From assembly GCF_036588685.1 (NCBI RefSeq), contig NC_086375.1:71734001-71798000 (forward strand): 64,000 nt of DNA, written 5' to 3'. Positions 1-11,289 of this stretch are shown here, in pieces (position 1 is the first letter of the stretch; every line of letters begins with the position of its first letter). This DNA comes from Mytilus trossulus (taxonomy: Eukaryota). Below the pieces are notes generated by a model, which saw only the letters and a program-made list of their open reading frames with translations, made no database searches and was not told the origin of the DNA. A program made the position numbers and the translations under genes.

Positions 1-275
1 GACAATCGACAGAAATGTTGAAAACAACTTTGTCCTCTCTTCTTGCAAAATTGTTCATTTAATCATTTGCGGAAACTTCATACATGATTCTCATGAAGAA
101 TGGGGAGAATAAAGTACTAGTATATCGTCTAACTTTTGATTTTTTAAATACTAAGGCTTTTCTACCTCAGGCATAGATTACCTTAGCTGTATTTGGCAAG
201 ACTTTTATGAATTTTGGTCCTCAATGCTCTTCCACTTCTTACTTTATTTGGCCTTTTTAACTCTTTTGGATTCGA

Positions 276-319
276 GCGTCACTGATGAGTCTTTTGTTGA
301 CGAAACGCGCGTCTGGCGT
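276..319 (+). ncRNA. Minimal type I hammerhead ribozyme in a retrozyme-like repeat (repeat about 135-345)
   Basis: GCGTCA-CTGATGA-GTC-ttttgtt-GAC-GAAA-CGCGCG-TC-TGGCGT: intact core, stems I and II, palindromic stem III. Predicted cleavage after C313. Confidence 0.8.
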
Positions 320-2187
320 ATATCATAATTTAATCCTGGTTTATTCACATTTCCCTGATAGATAGTATCCTCTTGTTGATTAGTTCTCATTCATGTTACT
401 ATGTGGATTCGATATATTCCATAGAACAAGATATAAAGGATACCAGTTAATTTATATAGTAAATTGACTTCAAATCGGGACAAAGGATTACGTGTAGAAA
501 TTGACAATGAGTCGACTGAGACGAGAACTTTACAACAAATGAGATAATTTTGGATAAGAATGTATAAATTGGAGATGAATAGTCAGATCAGAGACATAAA
601 TCTATCAGCTAATGTTTCAAGCGTAATCACTTAGGTATATATATAGTAACTCGTAAATGTCTTCTAACAGGAGCAACTTAGCGGGTGTCATCATTCAAGC
701 AGGAACTTAAGACCCTTCCAGTGCACCTAGGTTTGTTTTAGATTTTTTGAAGGTTCTGTTTACTCAAACTCTTGTGTTTTGTGTAGGCATTGGTGAATAA
801 TACTTTTTTTTATTCTTGTTGTGTTTTTTTTTTTTTCCTTTTTGTAAAAATGAATTCTTTCCTCTCTTTTATTATAGATGTTTCCCTATAATGGTTTCCT
901 ACGGGGATGTTAATTAAGTTATTCAGCATCGTAAACTTGTCTGGAAGTATTTTATTAAATAACATTAAAAATGCAAATTAATTTACCTTTTTAAAAATAT
1001 TTCATAATTAAAACTACATATATACATAATCCTTAAATGTTACTGAAGAATTTGCTTTTTAACATTACTGTGTACAATTGGTTATGACCATATTAGGGCT
1101 ATTCGAGTCGCATTTCTTAGATGCTGTCACAAATATATAAAACATTCAGTCTGACCCGCACTATCCACTTTAACAAACGATGTCCATCAATTACTTTATT
1201 TGTTGACTTTTCCCTTTAAAGGGGCTCAAGCTGTGAAATTCTTGTTCACCGATTTGCCTAAAGTTCTAGTATTTGATTTATAACATACTAAAATGTACAT
1301 TTGTATCCAAATTACAAAAAAGTCTAAAATAAACAATTAGCAATGCATGAACTCTATAATATGTATCCTCATTTAGTATGGTTTGTTTTTGGTTTAGACG
1401 ATTTCTAATTCAAACAGATAAATATAAACAGATAGCGACTACGTGCAATTTAATTTTTCTAGATCCTATCTGTTTGAATTTTTACTGTATGTTAAAAAGT
1501 GTGATTATCATCGTTTTTATCTGTATAAGACTAATATTTTGGTTTATGCATCGAATCAAATAACTAAAAAGTAAAATCACAAAAATACTGAACTCAGGAA
1601 AATCAAATCGGAAAGTGCCTAATTACATGGCAAAATCAAATTACAAAAAACACATCAGAAACGATGGACAAGAACTGTCATATCCCTAACTTGGTACAGG
1701 CATTTTCAAATGTGGCTTAAACCTGGTTTTATAGCGCTTAACTTCTAACTTTGTTGACAGTCTTATTAAATTCCGTTATGTTTACAATGATGCGTGAACT
1801 AAACAGACTTAATAAATAAAATAGTCAAAATATGGGTTTTACTTTAAATGTTTACATTCTGTTCTTTACTTTAAATAGCTGAATACATGTCGTGCGTAAT
1901 TCAACAAAGGTGCACAATTTGAGGTCACATGATTGAATACGTCTTCAAAGAGGTCAAATTATTCACTTGCAAGTGAAATATTCAACAGCGAGGTTTCTTA
2001 GTTTATTTTGACAAAATTAAACCAAATTGGCTGCTAAAATCGAATTATAATTATTATTTCATTCTACCACTTTCATTAATGATTGAACAAAAAGAATCAC
2101 ATAAAGGCATAGCTGATATATAAAAAGGTCCATTAGTTGTTTGCTATCCTACTCTTGTAATTAGGGTTTCGCTAAAAATAATATTAC

Positions 2188-2298
2188 CTCACTTGGACAG
2201 CATGTTTTCGTTGGTCCTCTCTTCTGAACTAGAGCCAATATACCAGCTTTTATTTCTTCAATCGAAGAAATCCTGTTTTCTAGTTTCGCCATGTTCAT
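2188..2298 (-). CDS. First coding exon of a DUF3253-like small winged-helix protein; remainder not found, probably beyond the window start
   Basis: MNMAKLENRISSIEEIKAGILALVQKRGPTKTCCPSE matches the DUF3253 pattern (I..IL.L...R...KT.CPSE). It ends at a GAG|GTAATA donor (2187) and has a TTTACAG acceptor at 2309-2308. Confidence 0.6.
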
Positions 2299-2980
2299 AT
2301 GATGAATCTGTAAAATTATTAATTCAATTTCGTTTGAAATAATTTGTAACTTTTCAGACTCTTGCAATATAAGACTGACAATTCACGTGTATCGTTCATT
2401 GTTAATTTGTGTTATTTCATGTACTCAGAAGTAATGTAATTACATTGAATGTATTTTACACTTATAAATTATATCTTATCTAAACTTTTACATCTTAACA
2501 ACGCATATTATGTTTAAAGTTGCACATTTTGTTTTCAAATCTAAGACTGATTACGGGTTGTCTAGCCTTCCTTCATTGGCGAAAAAAGACAGTTTCAGTA
2601 AAAATAAATCGGTGATTTCTTTATACATGTAAGCTACATACTTATAGTCAGTCGGCTTTTGTGGACGAATTAACCCCTGTCACGTAATACGACTATGCAT
2701 GTCCAAGTCAGGATCTCGTATGTTCTCTTCTCATAGGTTAAACGTTAAAAAAAAAACTGCTTCAGATTAGATCGTCAATTTTGGGTGAATAATAAAGTGG
2801 AGAGAGACTTTCTGATGATTAATAAGACTACATGCTATTGCTATGCGATGATTGACAAATAAAAAAAAAACGAATTAAAACTACAATGTACGCTCTTTAA
2901 ATGCTTACAAGAGCTTGCACAGCGTGAGTACTTTAGGGGACCTGCAATGTCAGCATATTGTCTCTATTTAGTAGAGTTAA

Positions 2981-5830
2981 CACGGGTGTCATTCGGTTTA
3001 TCGAGAGAAATGAGCGTGAAAGAATATCTAACGGCGGTCAAGTATTGTGCGACGATCGTGAAAGTTCTGGTAACGGATCGTGAAAGACATTTAATCGAGA
3101 AGACATATGAAAGGTCAATACATATTCTAATTAAATTAATTACACAGACAAATTTACGACAAAATAAAACTGTCTGTCAAAATGGTTCAACATTATGATC
3201 AGTATGTCAGAATATCCAGTTTTAAAAGTTCATAGTTATTACAAAACAACAAAAGGCAGATTACTTCTCGACATTTCAATGACATAAAAAATGTAAACAA
3301 ACATGATTTTTTCACAAATTCGACTAGAAAACCTACTTTAATACGAATAAGGGCATTCTATTTGAATTAATCAAATGATTTTTATAGTTATTTTGTATAA
3401 ACAAATATGAAACTTGGAAGATAAAGAACTATTTACACCAAAATGGATCTTTTGGATCGTGAAAGATCATGTACCGTTTTTTTGAAGATCGTGAAAAGGA
3501 TCGTGAAAGATCTGATGCTACGAAGACGTTCAAAGTTTTCTTCAATTATATCGTAGTTAATATTTGTTATTGGTATTGAGAAAAGCTATATAGGTCAACA
3601 ATCTCAATAGGTTTAAGCTTTTCAAAGTATAAATATTTTCAGAAAATGAAATGTAAAATAGTTGGATGATTGTAGGATGAAGCTTTTTATTGTCATGTGA
3701 AGTACTCACTTATCACGAGTTATAGGATATCCACATTTGGTATATTGGATCTTATAAACTACATGTCCGTCAGACAGGATTCACCTGAACCCGAATTTGC
3801 CTTATTTCATGGATGAAGATTCATTTTTGTGGTCAAGTCCGTATCGCGGATTCGTTAAGCTTTAGGATAAGTGTCTGTTGTTATGATTGTGAGGTGTATA
3901 TTTTGACATCTGCAAGGTTTCAACTGACATTGAACCCATTGTCATGCATCATTCGGCAATGCTCGTTTTATGTTGTCTAGCCTTTGGATATATACCTGTA
4001 TGATATAGCGCCATGGTATTTCGTGTATGGTGTACATGTCTGTTTGCATGTTTCATTAATGACCATAATGCCGTCAATTGTACTTGATATATTGAATGAT
4101 AGAAAGATGTCTATGTCTGGCTGTCGGTCAGGGTTCAAATACTTTTGACCTTATGTTTCGAATTAATTGTCCAGCATAACTTTTATATTTGTCAGTTTCT
4201 AAGGCACTGTAAGGATCGGAACACATTTATTTGGTCTACGGCCTACGGGATATTTGTAGAGATCGGTATGTCATGGTTCATCTGACCTTGCACTTTTTTT
4301 ATTAACCATTGACAATCATAATTTTAAAAAAAATGTGGTATGATTGCAAAAGAGACAATTATCCACAAGAGACCAAAGTGACACATACATTAACAACTAT
4401 AGGTCACCGTACGGCCTTCAACAATGAGAAAAGCCCATACCGCATAGTCAGCTATAACAGGCCCCCATAGTGACAATGTAAAACAATTAAAACGAGAAAA
4501 CTAGCGGCCTTATTTGTATAAAAAAAAATGAACGAATACCAAATATGTAACACATAAACAAACAACAACCACTGAATAACAGGCTCCTGGCTTTGGACAG
4601 GCACATACATTAATAATGTGGTGGGGTTAGACACGTTATTGGGATCCTAACCCTCCCCTTACCTGGGACAGTGGTATAACAGTACAATATAAGAACGAAC
4701 TATAAAAATCAATTGAAAAGGCTTAATTCATCAGATGGACAAAAATACATTAAGCGCATTAAGCGCATTTGACACTTCTAGTAAAACCCCTTATATTATA
4801 GACGTTCCATAACATTAACTATCATAAGTAAAGCAGACAAGACATTACAGCATTTTCGATTAGGTACTTTTAGTCTGCAGTATATAGTTAAATCAATCCA
4901 CATCTGCGTTGTACATACAGAACTTAAGAAAGTACTGTTGCACAAAATGTTGGTTACAATGTATCGTTCATTCTCAAATTACTCATGAAAGATGTTGTTT
5001 TGTTGTAATTTTTTTGTTTGATGGATATCATTTTGGTTTAAACGTTGCATATCCATATTATTGGCTATTAGTAAATAGTGTCAGTCTGCATGAATTGCAC
5101 TTGACCGATTCTCAAAGCTGAATCTTTCAAACTTATCTAGAGATGTTTTAGTTGTTGTTTTTTAACTTTCGAGATAAAGCGTTGAATAAAAAAAAAAGCT
5201 TTAATGTTCATCCTTATCAAAATAGTTAAGAGGCTTCAACCAGTTTCAGGTTTATCAAATGGTAAAAGAAATACTGATTTCTGATTACTAGTAATAAGTC
5301 TAGTCACGCATTATCTTTCACGATCAAAATAATGCGTTGCCTGATCTTTCACGATCAAGTTTGATGGATATTCAACAAATTCAAGGTTTTCATATACAAA
5401 TTAATGCTTTTAAGAGGAGAACATACCTTAATGTTACTGTACTAACAGATACACCAAAGATTACATTTCAAATATATCACGATGAACTGAAACATGACCA
5501 TGATGGTAACAAAGACCGTGTTATTGGTAATTAATTGCATATACATGCATTGCGCCTTTTGTGTTTTTTCATAAAGTGCTGCATATTTTCTCTTTCTTAT
5601 TTCACAGTTATGTTGGGGAAGTTAAACCATTTTGACAGACATATTTTTTTATTCGGATTTGTTCCGCGTTTTGAAAATTAAGCAATATTTTTAAAGATTC
5701 TGACCTAGAATTTCCATTAAATGTCTTTCACGATCCGTTACCAGAGATTTCACGATCGTCGCTCAATACTTGACCGCCTTTAGATATTCTTTCACGCTCA
5801 TTTCTCTCGATAAACCGAATGACACCCGTG
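2981..5830. mobile_element. Non-autonomous DNA transposon with 115-bp TIRs and CAC...GTG termini (Transib/Chapaev-like)
   Basis: 2981-3095 is the near-perfect reverse complement of 5716-5830. Flanks are GTTAA/GTTTA. GATCGTGAAAG recurs as a subterminal motif. A Penelope-terminus fragment is nested at about 4330-4750. Confidence 0.8.
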
Positions 5831-6412
5831 GTTTACGTATAACAATGATTTTAAATCGCTGTTACTATTGTAAAACAGACAACAACGGTCATGAAATAGT
5901 TTACACATAATTGATTTTCCCTTAGTGAACGTATCAATCATTGAAATATTCAAGTGTTTAAAACTTTTAACTATTGATTTAATCAGCTGTGATCGGGTTT
6001 GGCGATATCAAACGGAATCTTTTATTTACCTTTTAGGTATTTAAATGATACGTGTGGTCACGATAATCGTAAACATTATACTGTTTATTGAAATAACACT
6101 AAACATGCATATATATACTTGATTTAACTGATTGACTTGTCAAATATTCATGGATGTAAGGTTAGCTGGGTTCATACTTCATGTGTATTAGACGTATAAC
6201 AGTAGCGGCGATATGACTTTAACAATTTAACTGTCATTGCATGAGAGCGAGCCTTGCCTTTTGAAACAGTTCAATTCAAAAACCCTAGCAATCGAGTATT
6301 ATTATTGTTTGGCAAAAGTTGTTCGCGGAGATTTGGATATCCTTTGAGGATAAGTTTTCTGCAGGTGACATTTTTCTGTGTGATTAACAAAGTTTGAACA
6401 CTGAAGATTAAT

Positions 6413-6889
6413 ATGGAAATGTCGGATGATAACAAAAGACAGTCTGGACAGTGTACATGTACTGATATTACTATGGATATGTTGTGCTCTGTTGTTGGCA
6501 TTTCAACAGATGATCATCGAATGGACGGGGTATTTTTAACTCGGATCTTTATTGGATTATTAACAGATATTTTTTATGTATTGCTAGTATCCCGGATGTT
6601 TCGCTTTGATATTGCTATTGCATTTCCATTACTGGTTTATCTGAGTATTTTACTTGTCTCGACAATTTTTGTATTTCAGAAATTTTATTTGTTTTTCTTC
6701 ACTGTCTTTATGTTTGTATTTTTTAAACTAATTTCAACTTTCCATGCTATTTTCTTGTACATTTTAATCCGATGTGAACATAAGGCAGACACGTTCAGAT
6801 ACGTAAATATTGCTTACTTTTGTATATCTATGCATGTTTTATTTAACATAGGCGAGTTATTTGGATGTATATTTTCTACTGACAAATAA
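6413..6889 (+). CDS. Possible orphan small multi-pass membrane protein (158 aa), unverified
   Basis: 477-nt ATG-initiated ORF with hydrophilic N-terminus and several hydrophobic runs. TTTTCTGCAG acceptor at 6355-6364; AATAAA at 6925. No family recognised, and T-rich DNA can mimic this pattern. Confidence 0.3.
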   Translation: MEMSDDNKRQSGQCTCTDITMDMLCSVVGISTDDHRMDGVFLTRIFIGLLTDIFYVLLVSRMFRFDIAIAFPLLVYLSILLVSTIFVFQKFYLFFFTVFMFVFFKLISTFHAIFLYILIRCEHKADTFRYVNIAYFCISMHVLFNIGELFGCIFSTDK

Positions 6890-7269
6890 AATTGATTAAA
6901 GCGATTTTTAAGTTAGAGTTTTTGAATAAAATAAACATTAATGCTTATATATTAACTAGACAATTACTGCTACAAATTCATTATCATAGTCGGAACAGGA
7001 ATATGTCTAGTCAAAACAAATGCCACAGATAAACCATTACAACTGTCTGCAGACAATAAAGGATTCGTTTCAAACTACAAGTTGTAATGTTTGGTCTACA
7101 TAAATGAGATAGTAACATAGATACATTAAAACCAAAAGAACAAACAGCTTTCCATAAAAGACATATACAAAACAGACATATACAATATGCCCATGTATGT
7201 CAAGTTTTGAATTGATTGCTCAAATGTTAACATGAAAAGCATTTATTTCAAAAAGTATTCACGAAGATT

Positions 7270-8052
7270 TCACAAAAGAGGGACAAAAGATACCAAAAGG
7301 ACAGTCAAACTTATAAATCTAAAATAAACTGACAACGCCATGGCTAAATATGAAAAAGACAAACAGACAAACAATAGTACACATGACACAACATAGAAAA
7401 ATAAAGAATAAACAACACGAACCCCACCGAAAACTAGGGGTGATCTCAGGTAAGCAGATCCTGCTCTACATGTGGCACCCGTCGTGTTGCTCATATGATA
7501 ATAAATCCGGTAAATAGTCTAATTCGGTAAGTCACACTCATGAAAGGGAAGGGGATTGTAGTTACGATGTAAGGAACATATCCGATATCATTTGTGAAAC
7601 GGTTATTCCATAACGGTCAACCAACTCGTGATGGCGTCCGTAAAATTTACGAAGGCTGATTTCAACTTCACCATTTGGAACTCTTGGTTAAAAAGCTTCC
7701 TTGTGAGCAGCAACCCTCTATCAAGAAAATCATGATAGGAAATGCAAGCACGGGAATATCGTATCAATTAGAAGATATATACCCGGTATGCAGATGCTGC
7801 TGGAATGTTGCTACTCAGAAACAGAAAGTTCACAATTGGAAAGCTGAAATCACCTCTTTTGTCGTAAAGTTTTGTTTTCAACCGACCTTCATTGTCAATT
7901 TCTAGATGTGAGTCAAGATATGAGGCCGACTTAACTGTATCTGTAGTATCCTTTATCTCTAGTTTGATGGGATAGATGCGTTCCACATAGTCACCAAATT
8001 TTGAATTATTTAGTGAAAGAACATCATCTTTATAACGGAAAGTAATTGACAC
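7270..8052 (-). mobile_element. Penelope-like retroelement remnant, second family
   Basis: FRYKDDVLSLNN (degenerate Y.DD), ASYLD.HL, KTKLYDKRGDFSFPIVNF...SNIPAA.AY. The terminal segment recurs near 26270-26630 and 34292-34445. Confidence 0.8.
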
Positions 8053-8736
8053 TATAATGACAGATAATCAAATAGAGAAAGGAAATGGGGAATGTGTCAA
8101 GCGACAACAACCTGACCATAGAAAAGACAACGCCGAAGGCCACCAATTGATCTTCAATGTAGCGAGAAACTCCCGCACTCGCGTCCCCAATAATGAGGTT
8201 TCTGACTAACGGCCAACAATATAGTTAATAAAAAAAGGTTCATAAGGACCCGAATGCCAAAATTCAGGAAATTGAGGCGTTCGGTCGAATAAATTATAAA
8301 GAAAGACATCAACAAAAAAAAAAAAATATGTACTGCATGAAGAGCTACGTTATTAAAAAATATTGCTTAAACTGAGATTTTATTTTATACTTGTATGAAG
8401 AAATAAAATTGCGTTTTATATATTGAGTGAGAAAAATTCTTTATGAGACCGCTTTGGTACTTTTTTTTCTGTAGCAGCATTAAACTATATAATCATTTAT
8501 CTTCTGCAGTCTTATCTAATATAAATTGAGCTTATTTTCACGATAGAGACTCAGAATATAAAAAAAGATGTGGTATGATTGTCAATGAGGCAACTCTCCA
8601 AAAGGGACCAAAATGACATCGAAATTTTTAACAACTATAGGCCACCGTACGGCCTTCAACAATGAGCAAACTAACGGCCTGATTTATGTACAAAAAATTA
8701 ACGAAAAACAAATATGTAACACATAAATAAATGACA

Positions 8737-8844
8737 ACCCCTGAATTACAGGCTCCTGACTTGGGACAGTCACAAACATAGAGAACTAGGCGGGGTTACA
8801 CATGTTAGCGAGATCCCAACCCTCCCCCTAACTTGGACAGTGGT
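8737..8844 (-). ncRNA. Twister ribozyme-like motif, type-P5 permutation (best-preserved core in the window)
   Basis: ACCACTG.CAAGTT-A-GGGG-GA-GGGT...TAA-CCCC-GC...ACT-G-TCCC-AA-GT-C-AGG-AGCCTG..CAGGGGT reproduces twister core blocks. Other copies: 4568-4675(-), 10920-11029(+), 56061-56169(+). Confidence 0.65.
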
Positions 8845-9699
8845 GTAACAGTAAAATATATTGTGACAGTGCTCAGTAAGGAACACAACTTAAAATTGAC
8901 ACTTATAGATTTGATTTCCAAAGTTATAATGGTGAAATATAATCTCTTTTAGGTGTAACCATGGCAACAATCTGCATTCATTGATACAAAATATTGGAAA
9001 AGGGGGGTGAACATGACACAAAAGTCTAATAAAAATTGGGCAAAAGGAACATTTTAATCAATTAGAGCGATACTTTTCTGAAACCATAGACATATATCTA
9101 TCAAGAGGTCATTTAAAATCATATCCATTTCTGCTCGTTTTTCTATGAAATTGAATTGAAAAAGTGAGCGTATAATCTATGTTGAAAAACACTACAACAC
9201 TTTCTAGACCTATGGGCGGTAGGCCTACGGATAGGAAAATACGGACTGTCCAACAAAATGGCCTATAAAATATGCTAAAAGCAATCTAAATGTTAAATAT
9301 AAACCCAATAAGAAGGCGATATTATTCTTCAACTATCGAAAAATCTATTTTATTGTACAAAAAATTTCATATTAAAAAAAATTCCCATGGCCATAATGCG
9401 AAACTAAACTACTATAACTGTGGTATTGCTACCCAGGAACGTTAAAACACCGACAATCAATCAATAGAATTAAAATATTGTTTTTGTGTTGCTTAACATT
9501 TAGTTTGGAGTTAAATTTGTTCGTTTTTCTCTTGGCTGGACTGTTAAAATATATTAGGGATCAGCTGAAGGACGCCTCCGGGTGCGGGAATTTCTCGCTA
9601 CATTGAAGAGCTGTTGGTGACCTTCTGCTGTTGTTTTTTTCTATGGTCGGGTTGTTGTCTCTTTGAAATATTCCCCATTTCCGGCTAAATTTTAGTAGA

Positions 9700-10016
9700 T
9701 AAGGAGCGAGATATTCCTTCCTGCTTTCTTACTCATCATTGAGTATAATGAAAGTTGTTCTAGATAAGGATTCGAAAAAACAATCTCTCCGCAAACTGTT
9801 TGATTGGAATAGGAACTCTTAAAACACTTGTGCGATATTGTTGCAACTCACAATCCTGCTCCCGTTCAGAATTTCTAATTTTACAGTGTCTAAGTATCTC
9901 ATTCTGTCCCGATCAAACAATTTTGCATCGTATTGGACGTCGATCTGAGTTCGGCACATATATAGCCGAATAACTTTCAATGATGAGATAGAACAGAAGG
10001 AATCTCTCGCTCCTTA
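9700..10016. mobile_element. MITE with ~40-bp TIRs
   Basis: TAAGGAGCGAGATATTCCTTCC...CTCATCATTGA is inverted at 9977-10016. Confidence 0.6.
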
Positions 10017-10067
10017 CCTGATATATATTTTAACAGTCCAGTCAAGAAAAAAAAAATGATTGATTGA

Positions 10068-11288
10068 TACGACAAAATGGACGATTTTTCGTTCCCTATA
10101 GCTAATTTTCCATTTTTTAAATGGTGATGATCCTTTGGCACCATCTTACGGTGTTTATATTTCACAGCTCGTTCGCTATGCCCGTGTCTGTTGTGACTTT
10201 TTTTTTATTTTAACGAACGCAATCTATGTATTTCTGGGAAATTATTAAACCAGGAATATTGGTTACCGTGAATTACTTAAAACCTTTACTAAATTTTTCC
10301 ATAGATATAAAGATTTTGTTTTGAAGTTTGGTTGTAGCTGTAGAAAACTTATTTCAAATGGGATAACACATCCTCATTTTTACGGAAATGTTGTTAACCG
10401 TGCCCGGAAATTTAGAAATGATCCTTGTCAACTTATCTCTCCTTTAAATAAACTTATTCTAAAAGGTTACCAATTCAACACTGTAATAAGATCATTGAAT
10501 ATTGTGTTTATTGGTATAAATATTGATTTTGTTATCAGTAAATTAAAAGCAAACTAAATATTACTGGTATGTTATATTCATAATGGATCGACAGTCTGTC
10601 GATAACTGTAAATTGGCATTGACATTTGCACATGGTCATGTTTATCTCTGACTGTTTATGACGTCTGTACACTAAATCCATTGGATGTTGGGTGTGTACG
10701 GGTTGATAGTTTAGTCTTAGATGCATGATTTTTTTATTAGTTGTTAGTGTCTTTGAACTAGCTGTCAGATAACAGCGAGTACTCTCAGATCTGTTCCTAG
10801 TATCTTTTGTTGTCGGGATGTACAAGTACCCGGCCACGTCCACTTGTATTTTTGTCCATCTGAAGAGTTAAGCCTTATTCAACTATTTTTTATAGTTTGT
10901 TCTTATTTTGTACTGTTATAGCAATGTCGTAGGTTAGGAATAGGGTTGGGATCCCGCTAACATGTTTAACCCCGCCACATTATTTTATGTAAGTGACTTT
11001 CCCAAGTCGGGAGCCTGTAATTCAGTGGTTGTCGTTTGTTTTTGTGTCACATTTTTGTTTTCCGTTAATTTTTTATACAAATCAGGCCGTTAGTTTTTCG
11101 CGTTTGAATTGTTTTACATTGTCATATCGCCTTCTATAGCGGTGCCTTTTATAGCTGACAATGTGGTATGGGCTTTGGTCATTTTTGAAGGCCGTACGGT
11201 GACCTATAGTTGTAAATGTCTGTGTCATTTTTGTCTCTTTTGGATAGTTGTCTCGTTGGCAATCATACCGGGCACATCTTTTTTTTAT
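10068..11288 (+). mobile_element. 5'-truncated Penelope-like retroelement (Naiad-type): RT C-terminus, SECIS, twister-like motif, terminal repeat
   Basis: Degraded YDK.DDFSFPI.NFPFL.GD.PLAPSYGVYISQLVRYARVC reading. The ORF ends at 10557 with no C-terminal GIY-YIG domain. Colinear copy at 55130-56420. Confidence 0.8.
10650..10716 (+). promoter_or_regulatory. Form-2 SECIS element in the 3'UTR of the Penelope-like element
   Basis: GACTG-ttt-ATGA-c-GTCTGTACAC-t-AAA-TCCA-loop-TGGG-t-GTGTACGGGT-t-GA-t...TAGTC gives the quartet, a 10-bp helix II, unpaired AAA and an apical mini-stem. Homologues at 55786-55849 and, decayed, 57721-57785. Confidence 0.7.
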
Positions 11289-11289
11289 A

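Noticed and set aside
3050-3510. Repeated GATCGTGAAAG as a CRISPR-like array
   Set aside because: The repeats are short, irregularly spaced and mirrored at the far end of a transposon in eukaryotic DNA, consistent with subterminal repeats.
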